A stretch of 62,991 nucleotides of DNA, filler included, from Octopus bimaculoides (Eukaryota): assembly GCF_001194135.2 (NCBI RefSeq). It is 5 parts of 5 records of this genome, joined end to end, with 100 filler letters (N's around TTAATTAATTAA, not from the genome) between each part and the next. Parts side by side here need not be neighbours in the genome. Positions count along the whole stretch, not along the records: positions 1 to 21,410 come from NC_068996.1; 4 more parts are not named here. The stretch is one strand, 5' to 3'. Under the pieces are notes generated by a model. It worked only from the letters and a program-made list of their open reading frames with translations, searched no databases and had not been told where the DNA came from. Numbering within the stretch: position 1 is the first letter of the stretch; the number at the start of each line of letters is the position of its first letter. Shown here in pieces: positions 1 to 14,124 of this stretch. A program made the translations under genes and the position numbers.

Positions 1-101
1 TATATATATATATATATACACACATATATATATATCAAAGTCTGTAGAATAATTCAGTTCATCACCTTTTCATTCATTTACTATAACCTGCTCTCTGTCT
101 A

Positions 102-180
<79 letters not shown>

Positions 181-654
181 TTCTCTCTTACTCCTCTCAT
201 TAATTCGCAGAATTAATCTTACACAGACATCGACATAAACACACCAATACATTCACAGACTCACTCGTTCGAAGACACACACAAACACACAAACACACAT
301 GCGCACAACTCACACACTTTATTTTTGACTGTCTTTATTGTTTATTCGTTGAAAGACATTTCTTTTCACGTCCCAGAAACGATATGGATTGCTCGAAGAC
401 AAAAGTAAAGCAACAACATTTATATAAAGCAGCAACAACAGGAACAACAACAACAACAAACTACCTGGTAACTAACTAATAATAATAAAATGTAAACGAT
501 GAACTAAACAAAAAAGAAACACAATGTCGGAAAACCATGAAGTAAAATTGTAAAAGAAAATGTATAAATGCAATATATATATATATATATATTCTTTTGT
601 TTGACTTTGCTTTTTTTCTGTTGTAATAGTTTTGATTGTCTGTTAGAAGAAAAG

Positions 655-678
655 AATAATGATGATAATAATAATAAC

Positions 679-736
<58 letters not shown>

Positions 737-758
737 TAAATAATAATGATAATAATAA
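655..758. repeat. (AAT)n microsatellite, representative of very many simple repeats (TA, CA, GA, TACA, TAGA, ACA, ACT, AAT)
   Basis: Direct inspection; most N gaps are bordered by (TA)n. Confidence 0.95.
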
Positions 759-1596
759 CAAAGAACGGAAATTAAATACGGTGAGTTTAGTTTTGTTTAT
801 AGGGAGATCCGCAATCGATAAGTCAGTAGCATCATTATCAATAGTCTTTGATTTGAAATAACATAGAAGAGCGAGTTATTAGAGAGAATTGACTTTATTA
901 AAAAGACAGGGCGAAGCAAACAGCGTATAAGTGTGTGACAATGATCAGTCTTTCCTCTAAACATGCAAATTAACTTTGAAAGAATAATTCTTAATGTCTC
1001 GAAATAACTCCCATTTATTTTGAGAGTTGAGTAACAATTATTGTTAGTTTTTCTCTCTATCTTTCTCCCCCCCCCCTCTCTCTCTCTCTCTTATTCTCGC
1101 TCTCTTTTGTTTGTTTCTAAGGCGGTAGTATCAATTAATCAATAAGTCTTACTGCACAGTATTCAGGATATCACTCCTAAGTTTATTTATCAAAATCTTT
1201 GCAATTGTTCAGTTTAAATTATCTCCCTTTAGTCATTTAATCTTATTTTTTTCTTTTATTCAATCGGTCTCTTGCTGGACCGTTAAGTAAAAAAAAATCT
1301 AACACCGGCTGTCAAACGGTGCTGAGGGACAATCACAATCACAGACACAGACACAGACACACACACACACACACACATGCACACCATCTACCTACCCACC
1401 TACATACCTACCTACCTACCTACCTATACACACACATACATATACACTTACATATATATACACATACATAATATACACTTACATATATATGCACATAAAT
1501 ACTTACGTACGTACATACATATATACATACATGCATGCATACATACATACATACATACATACATACATACATACATACATAACACACATACATACA

Positions 1597-4500
1597 ATAG
1601 CACCGTCAACATCGGACGTGCAGGTGTAGAGGACCGTTTAAAAAGTCAGTTTTGAACGCCTTTCTCTAGAAATAAGCCGACTTCCTCAGCCTAAATCGAC
1701 AACTAAGAGAAACACCTTTTACTCATCAACATAGCGTTATCCTGAACAGATTTAAAAATATACATCTACACCACGTGGAAACTCGCTAACACGATTAAGG
1801 CTGAAACTAACACCACCACAGAGGAAACTAACAACATCACCACCGATGAAACAAAACTACTTCCCCAATAAGTTATTTAAGAAGACGTAAGTACTCTTCT
1901 CATTTTTATTTCGACTCAACAACTAAACCAAGATTTACTTCGGTGCAATGAAAATGCCCGAGATGAACCTTCCATCGGAAATATGAAGCAGTTAAAACAA
2001 TACCGAGACGAGGCTCATCCCAACTTAAATGTCTTCGTGGCGAAACAGCCCCGACAACAAGCATCTTTTGTAAAAGAAAACAAATCAACTGGTCCTTGAT
2101 CCTCTCAAAACACCGAGAATGGGCCAAAATCTGCCAGAAGCGGCATAAAAAATTATGTAAACAAACAATCGCTCCTGAAGTCGATAAATTCGAGTGTCTC
2201 TCCCAACTTAGCTGACTCAGTAGCGAAGACTGCGGAATACATCCAACTCAAAGAACATTTTAAAATTACAATTTTAAAGTGAGAAAAAATCCGACCGATC
2301 TAATGTTTAAAGTTATCACTGGAGAGCACATGGAATCATGTGATGTTAATAACTGGAATATTAATACTCTTATATACACAGCCGCTATTACTCTTTAAGA
2401 AAACCTAGGAGAAATCTACAGTGAAAAAAGTAATGAAATTACTAAACGGAGACAACTTAGATGGAGAACAAAATTTGAAGAAAACATCAACATGCGTCGC
2501 CATATTGGATGGTTAGCTACAACAATAAAATGTAAGGAGAAAAATGAGTTTACACCTCACCAACCCTACCTAAGACAAAATTTAATGAAACTTTATGGCA
2601 AATCTTCACGCCGAGCTCTTGAGGGAAACCTAATCACTTTAAAACATGAACTCAGGACGATGAGCGAGAAACTTCGCTATCGCGTGAGAATGTTTGGGTG
2701 AGTCAGTATCAATCATAATTTTGCTTCCAACCCACAAGCTTTATACAGAAAGATGAGGAAGGAAAACATTACCGTTAAGAAAACTCCCTCTCAAGAATAT
2801 CTACAATCATTCTGGTCAAAAATTTGGAACGAAAAGAAGGAATGCATCATGCTTAAATACAATTGAGAGAGAATACTGTACCAACACTAACAGTAAAACA
2901 TACAAAATTGATGCAGAAACCTTCGCTATAGCAGTAGGCAAACTGCAGAACGGGAAGCCACCTGGAAGGGGCCTAATAGTTAGATATTGGTACAAGAAGC
3001 TAACCTTTTATAGAAACCAATTGATATGTATGTTCAAAAGGACTATGGAAGGTCAGAGTGATATAGCACATTTGTTTGCTGCAGCAAGGACAAATCTTGT
3101 TACCAAAAATGAAATCACTGAGATGGCAGAAAACTACAGGCCCATTGCATGCCTAAATGTTTTGTACAAACTATACACAAGTTGCCTCACCCAATTCCTC
3201 CAGGACCATTGTGAGTCGAACAACATTGTAACTGATGAACAGGCTGGTGGAAAGAAGGAAGTGCCGAACAACTTTTAATAAACAAAGCTGTACTGTCTAA
3301 AGTAAGAAAACCATGTAGAAACTTTGTGATAGTATGGCTTGACTGTAAGAAGGCTTTTGACTCTATCCCTCATTCATGGCTTTTGAAGTGCCCACATCTG
3401 GTAAATGTACCTACTACCTTATCTGCTGCTATAGAGAAACTCACAAAGACATGGACAACTGTTCTTACCCTTACAACTGAGAACATAATAATTGTTTCTG
3501 ATAGTATAAGCATTACAAATGGAATGTTCCAGGGAGATAGTCTTTCTGTACTTCTTGTCATTTTGGCACTGAATCCATTATCGTTCCTACTGCAGAAAAC
3601 AAATGGTTACATGCTAGGATCTTCAACTGCCAGAAATATCAGTGTAACTCATAATTTCTATGTAGATGGTCTGAAGATTTATGGTAAAAGTGTTAACAAT
3701 GCCAAAAAGGGAACTGGAATTAATAACATTTTCAGCTGATATAGGCATGGAATTTGGCCAAAAGAAATGTTCCTATTTGGTTATAGAACCCAAAACCTGT
3801 GCATCAATAGTCTCTCTATCTCCCACATTCCACACAAAGAATGTATCATATGAATAAAGATAACGACCCGAGTATATTACACCAGAATTACGAACATATG
3901 GCAGTCGGAACTCTCCTCTTACAACAAAACAATATCCCACAATGCATTTGCAGTACCAGTACTGCTCCCAACATTTGAGATACTTGATTGGTCTGTGCAG
4001 GAAATCCTCTCCATAGATATCAAAACCCGCAAAATCTTGACAACGACTGGGAACTTCCAGAATTGATGTTTACAGGCGTTACCTCAGAAGAAATGAAGGT
4101 AGTAGAGGCCTGAGATGAGTGCAGACGGCCTTCAAATGCTGTATGGTATCACTCAGGCAGCACCTGCTAAACAACAACAGCAAAAATAAATATATTAATG
4201 CAGTCCTGAAAAGTGAAGTGAGCAACATTGTATGAGTTGGCAGTGAACTCCTCAAGAAACACTCTCTTCCTGGTGATATCCTATACAGCCCCAAAATACC
4301 TCAGAAAAGACCTGGATAGAGAGCACTCAGCAAACAAAAAAAAAAAGAAAACATAATAGACCATGCATGGGTATGTTCTTCGGAATCTTGAAGACAGTAG
4401 AAGTGACACGAAGAGCAGCCTCTCTTGCACACAAGATCATTACATCCCATCACACCTTGAAGGCTATGTGTTTGCAATCCAGGAACAGGAGACTGCCACA

Positions 4501-5216
4501 AAGTACCTGATGAAGAATTGAGATAGTGATGCTCTTGCAATCCCAAGGTGCAACCGCATGTGTAGGTCATCTCATGTTTCTGTGGAAGATACTAAACATG
4601 TTATTTACAGCTGTCATAAAATGTCGTCACGGTACTACCTCCCTGTGCAGCACGATGTTGTTGTTAGAACAATTTACAATGCTATCCGCATAAAAGACTG
4701 TCCTGAAATAAACTTAGGAAATACTGGTGGAATATTCCGATCAAAACTTCTGTCAAATGTAAGCATAGCAGGTCGGATACTGTTGTTTGGGACAGTGGGG
4801 AAAACTATGTACCATCATAAAGGTTGGCTCTCCTGCAGATATAAATATCTCTTTGAAAATCAAAGGAAAAGCGGATATCTATGGACAACTGCTTCGAAAC
4901 CCCCAGTTTCCATATTCAGACTATGAATTGATATTCATACCAATAATAATTGGAGCACTAGATTTAGTTAGTAAATGCTTAAAGGAGAATCGGGATAAAC
5001 TGAGATTTTCAGAAAAAGAAATTGACCCGCTGGTTCGTACATTACAAGTGCAATCTGTGAGTAGAACAGTAAAAATATGCAAGACTTTTCTCAAGTTCCA
5101 AATGTGAATTTGCCTTTGTTAACTACATCCAAAACATGGAGCCTTGTATCTTTGTTGGAAACCAGCTTCCTCCTCAGTAGAAGATTAATAATAATTTTAA
5201 AAAATAGAAGTGACAT
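1597..5216 (+). mobile_element. Near full-length, decayed RLE-type non-LTR retrotransposon (R4/Dong-like), flanked by (TACA)n
   Basis: RT motifs ENYRPIACLNVLYKLYTSCL, WLDCKKAFDSIPHSW, GMFQGDSLS and FYVDGLKIY (YxDD degenerated). CCHC-like CRMC..EDTKHVIYSC, then an RLE C-terminus SPADIN..IIIGALD..VKICKTF. Many stops and frameshifts. Begins after (TACA)n and ends TGACATGTATACATAC. Boundaries approximate. Confidence 0.9.
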
Positions 5217-5332
5217 GTATACATACATACCATGCATACATACATATAACGTCATGTTAGCGCCAGGTAATGCTTAGATATAAGCGAAGTTTAGGTTAGT
5301 TAAAATATATTTGTGACATATTTCAGCTATAT

Positions 5333-5488
5333 AAAGGCAAATTCACTGCAATTGCCGTAGAGAAACGACTTCTCTTATGGTAAAAAAGGTAACAAACTGG
5401 ATGTTTTCACACCTTTTTACCATAAAACAGATATTTTCTCCACGGTAACTGCACCATCTAAACATTAGACTGCAGTGAATTTGCCTTT
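5333..5488. mobile_element. MITE with 18-bp terminal inverted repeats
   Basis: AAAGGCAAATTCACTGCA (5333-5350) and its exact reverse complement TGCAGTGAATTTGCCTTT (5471-5488), in TA-rich flanks. Superfamily not assigned. Confidence 0.7.
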
Positions 5489-5892
5489 TGTATAAATATA
5501 AATACACACACACACACACACATTTATACATATATATATACGTATGTATATATGTATGTACGTATGCATGTGTAAATATATATATATATATACAATTGGC
5601 TTTTTCAGTTTCCGTCAACCAAAACCACTCACGAGGGTATGGTCACTCAGAATCTATAGTAAAAGACGATGCAACTCATTGGAACTGAACCCGGAACCGT
5701 GTGGTTTCTTTTAAATTTTCTTCGCTGCTCATTATTTCTTGTATTTTTCAAGCTATAAGGGAAATCTTTACTTAATTTTTACCGAATGTTTTCAGTTTTT
5801 GTTTTGTTTTATAAAACTAAAATAACACAAATCATAAAAAGTAATGCAAATCGATGGCTAATAGTTTTAAACAGTTTGTACTTTATACCTTT

Positions 5893-6100
5893 TTCTTTTA
5901 TTTGTTTCAGTCACTTGACTGCGGCCATGCTGGACCACCGCTTTTAGTCGAACAAATCAATTCCAGGACTTATTCTTTGTAAACATAGTACTTAGCCTAT
6001 CCCTATCGGGTCTCTTTTGCCGAACCGCTAAGTTATGGGGACGTAAACACACCAACAACTGTTGTCAAGCGATGGTGAAGGGGGAGGGCAAGCAGACATA

Positions 6101-6141
<41 letters not shown>

Positions 6142-6324
6142 ATATATATATATGTATATACGACTGACTTCTTTCAGTTTCCATCTACCAAATCCACTCA
6201 CAAGGCTTTGGTCGGCCCGAGGCTATAATAGAAGACCCTTGCCTAAGGTGCCACGCAGTAGGACTGAACCCGGAACCATGTGGTTGGTAAGCAAGCTACT
6301 CATCACACACCCTCTCCTGCGCCT
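5893..6324 (-). mobile_element. tRNA-derived SINE, family A (internal CA/TA microsatellite), full length
   Basis: Minus-strand head GGCGCAGG..GGTTCCGGGTTCAGTCC (A/B-box-like), CCTTAGGCAAG central block, internal (CA)n/(TA)n, and a tail ending GACTGAAACAAATAAAAG. The same blocks recur many times in the window. Confidence 0.85.
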
Positions 6325-7219
6325 ATATACTTATCTACTGTCTTCTCGAAACATTTCGAAATTTTTATGATGTAATAAATATATATACAAATATGCGTAC
6401 ATATGTGGGTGCACGTGTGTGTGCATGAGTGAATCATTTGTGTTTTATCGTAAACCACAATATTTGACAATCGGTATCGGTTTGTTTAGTTGCACATACA
6501 CTAGCGGTTTGGCAGAAAAGACTGATAAAATATGTATCAATCGTTTCAAAATGTGCGGGTTGGGGTTCTGCTTATATCCAGCATGGCCACAGTCCAAGTA
6601 AAAATAATAGGAGATAAAAGGTATTTAATACGCCATTCTTTAATTTATGCAATGTGTGTGCAGTTGTTGTTACATGTATGCTATCATTCCCATTTTCCTA
6701 TTTATTCTTTTGTTCTCCTACATGTTGCAGCCATTTGACAGCGGCCACTCTGGAGCACCACCTTAAAGTGTTTTTGTCGAACGCTTCAACCCCAGGACTT
6801 ATTTTGTTTAAGCCTGGTACTTATTCTATCGGTGCCTTTTGCCGAACCGCTACGTTACGGGAACGTAAGCGCACCAACATCGATTGTCAATATATATATA
6901 TATATATTGCTTAAAAATATGTGTAAAAAATATATATATAAAATGTGGAAGAGAAATGCCTTCGTTTCATATAGTTTAATATATTTTTATGAATATATGC
7001 ATATTATATGGATGTCGTGAAATCCAACCGGTTTTCGCTATTTAAATAAGCTTTTCAAGGTACATTGTACAGTAATTACTTCTCGTGGCAGAAGGGTTTC
7101 GGCATTTTGGATGTTTGAAGAATAAGAAGGAGTTCGTTTAGAGGGTAAACCAAGGGGAGCAACGAGTAGCAAGGGGAGCAACGAGTAGCAAGGGGGACAA
7201 CTGGCTCCTTATATATATG

Positions 7220-7390
7220 CGATGGACTTCTTTCAGCTTCCGCTTACCAAATCCACTACCAAAATTTTGGTCGGCCCAAGGTGCTACTTGCCAAAGGTGC
7301 TACTTGCCAAAGGTGCCACGCAGTGGGACTGAACTCGGAACCATGTAGTTGGGAAACAAGCTTTCTACCACACAGCCACACCTGCACCTT
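7220..7390 (-). mobile_element. SINE family A, head fragment
   Basis: Homologous to 6170-6324; contains a short internal duplication GGTGCTACTTGCCAAA x2. Confidence 0.75.
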
Positions 7391-8175
7391 TTCTGGATTT
7401 CTGTTTTTTTTTTTTGCCAAATTTCTTCCTCAAACGGAAATGTTTTCTGCCAGTGATACGCAACTCCATCAGTGGAATGGGAATACATTAATAACAGTAA
7501 CAATGAATAGTTACATGAACTTCAGAGAAGCATTGCGTATTCATTTGCTGGGACGCTTATGGTATATATTTACAGTGTTCACGTTAGATGATTGCTTTCT
7601 GTGCCTGATAACACCAGCTTTTTGAAGTGGCTAGCGTAGCTAGCACACCAATAATTCCAGATATACACGTAAGTCTCTAATCGACGTGGTAATCTATAGG
7701 TTTCGAAAGATTTGTCCATGAATGCTCTCTTCCTCATTGATGTTCGAAAGAAATATTTATATCTGCAGGGGGGAGTACAGCTCAATAAATATACATGCTT
7801 CCCTTTTTCTGTACATCACAACTATATGAGGCCTGTTATATTTGCAACATAATGTATGCTTTTGTGGGAGATTTCCATCGATATACCTTCTGCTTAAGCA
7901 TATCTAATTATTCAATAATACAACCATTTTCTATGATTTATCCCGGAGCTATCGTTCCTACGTATAGCATCGTGTTTTCTTTTCGTTACAACATCATATT
8001 TAATTAGAAGATGTTTGGGGTTAGATGCTGTTCAAATGTGTAATACCTTCCACAGAAGAGTGACTCAACGCTTCCTTTGCATCGGGATTTTAAGAGCGTC
8101 AATGTCTTTTCGTTCATTAAGTATTTTGTCGCTACGTTTTGATCTAGGACTTGAGAAATGTAACAGGATGTAATA

Positions 8176-8220
<45 letters not shown>

Positions 8221-8225
<5 letters not shown>

Positions 8226-8990
8226 CGGCGTTGCCCGGCTAAAAGAAAGTAATTAAATTTATAAACGCCACCTAGATAACGCAAGTCTCAACTGCTAGTA
8301 GCTGAGATACCAACTTTCTACATTGATAACTCTGTAACCCATGCCATCATGGAAAATAGATGTTAAGTGAAGTGTTAAAAAAAGTTTTCAACTCGTATGT
8401 GTATATAAAGTAAATACACGCAATTCAAAAACACGTTTTGTGTAGCTTATTTCGTAACCAAAAAACAGGTACAGATTATAAACAATGAAAGGCCAATTTT
8501 GTTGATTCAGTTGACAGAGATAGTAGAGTGCCAATCTGATGATAAATCTGACCTTGGATCTCGAAAGTTTGCATGAATCCTGGCTCAGTGAAATTTCTTG
8601 TGGTTCCAAATGATGTCATCTGTAGTACAGCGTAGTATTGTTTAATTTTGTTTTGAAAGTGCTTGGAATGTTGGTCAGTTTCTTCAATGACTCTGGAGGT
8701 TGGGCGGTTGCTGAGAGTTTGACCTTTCCACCACTACATCACAGTGCAGGTATCTGTCCACGCCACCTCCTTGCTTTACAATGTATGCACTCAGTTGTCA
8801 TTGCAACAATGAAACTCTAGTGTCATCTACATAATGAACTGCTGGATCATAATTGAAAACTGCTTCATAGAAGTTGCTTCTCTGAGCTGTTGCAACTGCT
8901 CTTCGTTCTTCAATGGAGATCCTATTCCTTGTAAGCCGTTCATATCTCTGTTCATCAATTTGAGATGCTCTGGCTTTTGTAGTGCACAGG
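8221..8990 (-). mobile_element. Helitron remnant: N-terminal RepHel coding fragment plus 3' terminal hairpin
   Basis: Minus strand translates, with frameshifts, to AVFNYDP..ECIHCKARRW..CSGGKVKL..PPESL..SKHFQNKIKQY..QMTSFG..GFMQTFEIQGQIYHQIGTLL, which matches the Helitron RepHel N-terminal region. GCCGGGCAACGCCGGGTAT at 8221-8239 (minus) resembles the animal Helitron 3' hairpin and abuts (TA)n. Confidence 0.85.
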
Positions 8991-9023
8991 AGAGAGAAAG
9001 AGCTAGCTAGTTAGACAAACAAG

Positions 9024-9025
9024 CT

Positions 9026-9110
<85 letters not shown>

Positions 9111-9289
9111 GGCAGAACCATACAGATAAATAGATATAGAGATATAAATGGATAGAGAGATACAGATAGATAGATAGATAGAGANNNNNNNNNNNNNNNN
9201 NNNNNNNNNNNNNNNNNNNNNNNNNNNNNNNNNNNNNNNNNNNNNNNNNNNNNNNNNNNNNNNNNNNNNNNNNNNNNNNNNNNNNNNNN

Positions 9290-9328
<39 letters not shown>

Positions 9329-9359
9329 GAGAGAGAGAGAGGGAGAGAGAGAGATAGAA

Positions 9360-9390
<31 letters not shown>

Positions 9391-9400
9391 GACAGAGATG
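9024..9400. repeat. (GATA)n and (GA)n compound microsatellite with a gap
   Basis: Direct inspection. Confidence 0.95.
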
Positions 9401-10000
9401 TATAGAGAGATTTAGACGTCACTGACGCTAGAAAACCAGACGTAAATATTCGTAAAAACTTTCAAAGACGTGAATCTAATATAAAGAATTTTTTATGACC
9501 AAGCGATGTAACGGAGAGAATCAATTTTTGAAAGTTACTTCGCAGAGAGTTTCCTCATTTGTCCACGTAGATTAGGTTCTAGTGAGTTAGTGAGTTGCTT
9601 GCGTTTCTAGCCAGAATGTGGGTTCATATGCTTTCACAGATCCACGCGTCGAAGATCTTAATTTATTTGTTTTTGTTTCTTTTTTTCTTTCAAAAATGAT
9701 TGAAACTATGCTCTTGCATCTTTTATATAATATGTTACAAAGACATGCTCGAAACGAGAAGTAGAAAGACAGCGGACAACTGATGAAGGGTCGTTTTTTT
9801 GGTTACTCGTCCTGTTTTCAATTTTTTTGTCTCGTTGTTTGCGTATTTAACTAGCTTGTTTTCGTAATTCATGTTGTTTACAGTTGGTGTCGTCCTGTAA
9901 CCATATATGTATATATACATATACATACATATATATCTCAACCGAGACAATATTAATATATGCATAAATCTCTATATATATATTATATATATATATTCTA

Positions 10001-10088
<88 letters not shown>

Positions 10089-10143
10089 GTATATGTATAT
10101 ATATATGTGTGTGTGTGTGTATGTGTGTGTGTGCGCGTATGCA

Positions 10144-10175
<32 letters not shown>

Positions 10176-11683
10176 TACACACACACACATACATACTTAT
10201 ATATTTGTAAATATTTACATATATATATAAATACACACTCATACATACACATTATGAACATTCAGTGGGGTCTAAAAGGTGCACGTGCAAAGAAAGCAAA
10301 ATAGCACTAAAAATACATTTATATTTAAAGATGTAAGGTATTAAATGTCTTAATACAAGAACAGCAGATTTGACACATAAGCAATTACACACGTTAGGTT
10401 TTGCTGTAAGACGTAATTACAAAATGTAAACACGACAAATAAAAAAAGCACGCTATTACGCAAGCCTACACTTTCGAACTCTGATGATTACAAGGGTGTA
10501 TGCCTATATACTAGAAACTGGTGTGTACATTTGGAGTATTGCGTGTGAATAATGTGTCAGCATGTGAGTGCCTGTATGTGCGTATGTATGCAGGTGTGTT
10601 TATGTATGTCTATGTGTTGGTGAATTGCTTCCATTTTGTGCGTGTGTGTGTTTGTGAACAAATATACTCAAATGCTTCCACAAGTCTTTTACCAATTATA
10701 GACACGAACAAAAATTTTAAAAAAATCAAACAAAAACAGAAGACAAAAAGAAAACACGTGGACAGTAAGCAATTAACGCAGCAGATATGTACGTATGTGC
10801 GTATGTATTCATAAATGTATACACACAAATATTTATAACCTATATATATATATATATNNNNNNNNNNNNNNNNNNNNNNNNNNNNNNNNNNNNNNNNNNN
10901 NNNNNNNNNNNNNNNNNNNNNNNNNNNNNNNNNNNNNNNNNNNNNNNNNNNNNNNNNNNNNNNNNNNNNNNNNNNNNNNNNNNNNNNNNNNNNNNNNNNN
11001 NNNNNNNNNNNNNNNNNNNNNNNNNNNNNNNNNNNNNNNNNNNNNNNNNNNNNNNNNNNNNNNNNNNNNNNNNNNNNNNNNNNNNNNNNNNNNNNNNNNN
11101 NNNNNNNNNNNNNNNNNNNNNNNNNNNNNNNNNNNNNNNNNNNNNNNNNNNNNNNNNNNNNNNNNNNNNNNNNNNNNATATATATATATATATATATACA
11201 TACATATACGTACACATATGTATACGCATGTATGTATATGTCCATTCATAAATATGTCTACGTTCTAATGAGTATAGGTATATGCATGTAATGTATGTAT
11301 ATATATGTGTGCGTGTGTGTGTGTATATGTATGTTGGTTTGTTAGAATGTTCGCAATAAGTATAACATGAGTATAAATTCAACAAAACTTATCACTTAAA
11401 ACATCATTTGCATATTTTCGTCTTTTCAACCATTTCTCCCTTTGTTTCTTTCTATATTTTCTTTTTATTTCACCTTCCCGTTCATGTTTTTCTTTTAATT
11501 TTCGTGTACAAGATTGCTGCAGACATTGCCCGTGCCTGCACAAGTAGAAGCGCATACACTCAGCTACATACGAACAAAATATTTACTAATTTTGGTACAT
11601 ATACAAATAAGAATATGAGGCTAAACGCAGAAATCTTCACACATATATTATTGGAAACATACATGTATACCATAAGCACGTCA

Positions 11684-11776
<93 letters not shown>

Positions 11777-11959
11777 GTGTACGTGTGTATGCGTGTGTGT
11801 GTGTGTGTATCTGTGTATCTGCGTGCGTCTGTCTGAATTCACATCCCAGATACACACATTATGTACAAATAGTATACGCATACACATACACACACGTATA
11901 TATATACATACACACTTACGTACATAAATACATGCATACATATATACATATTGAATATA

Positions 11960-12008
<49 letters not shown>

Positions 12009-12687
12009 TTATGTATACATCCATACGTCACTTGCATATACACATACACGCATACATGTATGATATATAATTAAACACTGCGACATCTTTCATTTATTTT
12101 CTATTATTTCCTCATTAGAGAAATAACTTTCGTTGTGATTTTTATTGCTTTATTTAGTCTTCGAATGCTACATTTAGTTTACCAAACAGTAACATTGTCA
12201 CACTATGCTATTTCTCTCCTCCACGTACTCTCTCTCTCTCTCTCTCGCTCTCGCTCTCCTCACCTCTTACTCTGAGCTGCGTTTCTCATTCTACCATCAC
12301 AACCACTACCTCCGCCATCATCACAACCGCCTCTTCTTTAGACCATCAGCCTCTCTAATACCATAACCTTTATTTTTTGTTCTCTTTGTTTCTTTATCTT
12401 GTTAGCTTTATTCTGCTTTCTCTTCCTTGTTCTCGGAATCAATTAATGGTATTCCTGTCAATGGGACTCTTTCCTTTCCTTTCTTTCTTTCATTCTTTCA
12501 TTTTTTTCATTCTTTCTTTATTTTTTACTTTTTTGTAAATTTCCAGTAAATTTCGAAATTCTAAAGAATAAAATATATAAATAGATAATAAATAACAAAA
12601 TTCGCGCTGGATTTCAGATGGGTGATAATATCAAATTACTATAAACGATAATGCCTTCACAATGTCGTAATTTAACTGCTGCTGCTG

Positions 12688-12744
<57 letters not shown>

Positions 12745-13002
12745 TCAGTACTTGATATCAGTACATTGTACTATCAGTACAATGATATTGTGTTTTAAAT
12801 GGGAAGGCACAATGCCTAAAATTTGGATGAAAGCGATCGGTATCACCAACCTCAGTATTCGACTGGTATTTTATTTCACCAAGGGAATAAAAAAAGACAT
12901 TGTTAACCTCAATAGGATTCGAACTCAGAACAAGGAGAAAAAAACTGTTGCAACTAAAATACTGCAATACAATTTTGTCAGGCTGTCAATCCATCAGACT
13001 TA

Positions 13003-13055
<53 letters not shown>

Positions 13056-13198
13056 CCAACAACAACAACAACAACAACAACGANNNNNNNNNNNNNNNNN
13101 NNNNNNNNNNNNNNNNNNNNNNNNNNNNNNNNNNNNNNNNNNNNNNNNNNNNNNNNNNTGCAATACAATTTTGTCAGGCTGTCAATCCATCAGACTTA

Positions 13199-13257
<59 letters not shown>

Positions 13258-13284
13258 CCAACAACAACAACAACAACAACAACG

Positions 13285-14010
13285 AGTTCTCTTGAAAGCG
13301 CTAGAACTTTCGGATTTTCTAAGAGAGAGAAAAGAGACGGACTGGCATCCACCAAATCCAGTCTATTTGCGGCACATTTGTGAAAATTTGTAAAACATTA
13401 CAAAGATTGTCCATGTGAGATTCTTTAAATGCATATATGCAGACACTTGGTTGTGTGCAACCAGAAAGATATATGTGAAATCTAATGATAAGCACACGCG
13501 TGTGCGCACACAGACACATACATACACTCATACACACACACACACACGCACACTCACGAACACACAAAACATACACATACACACACATACACACACACAC
13601 ACAAACACACAAAGCATACACACATACACGCACACACGCATACACACATATACACACGCGCATACACACACACACACGAACACAACAAACACACACAAAG
13701 CACACACATGCAAAACACACCCACCATGAATACACAAAGCACACATACATACATGCACACACGCACCCACCCACACACCCACACGCACACCCACAGTCAC
13801 ATGCACACACACACACACACCCAGCCAAACACCTAAGTACTAAAGAAACATGCTCGCACAACAAATTCACGTACATACACCGACATACACTCAGTAACTC
13901 AACGGCATATTTACAAACACCAAAAACGGTCTCAATTCGAAATGCCACTTCTCATTCTTAACAACGGCTTGAACGCCATTAAGATAAACTTAGTTGAATC
14001 TCAAAGAAAA
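13285..14010 (+). mobile_element. 3' fragment of an RLE retrotransposon with a microsatellite-expanded 3' UTR
   Basis: 13285-13420 reads (frameshifted) like ..GFSKRE..QIQSICGTFVKICKTL, the same C-terminus as 5000-5107. It is followed by CA-rich repeats and ends into (TACA)n. Confidence 0.6.
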
Positions 14011-14012
14011 AC

Positions 14013-14043
<31 letters not shown>

Positions 14044-14124
14044 CATACATACATACATACATACATACATACATGCATACATACATACATACATACATAC
14101 ATACATACATGCATGCATACATAC

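Noticed and set aside
8045-8150. Minus-strand exon-like frame DQNVATKYLMNEKTLTLLKSRCKGSVESLFCG
   Set aside because: Weak donor, no partner exons and no recognised homology.
12965-13284. Direct repeat on both sides of a gap
   Set aside because: Near-identical sequence either side of N: an unmerged overlap or haplotype artefact.
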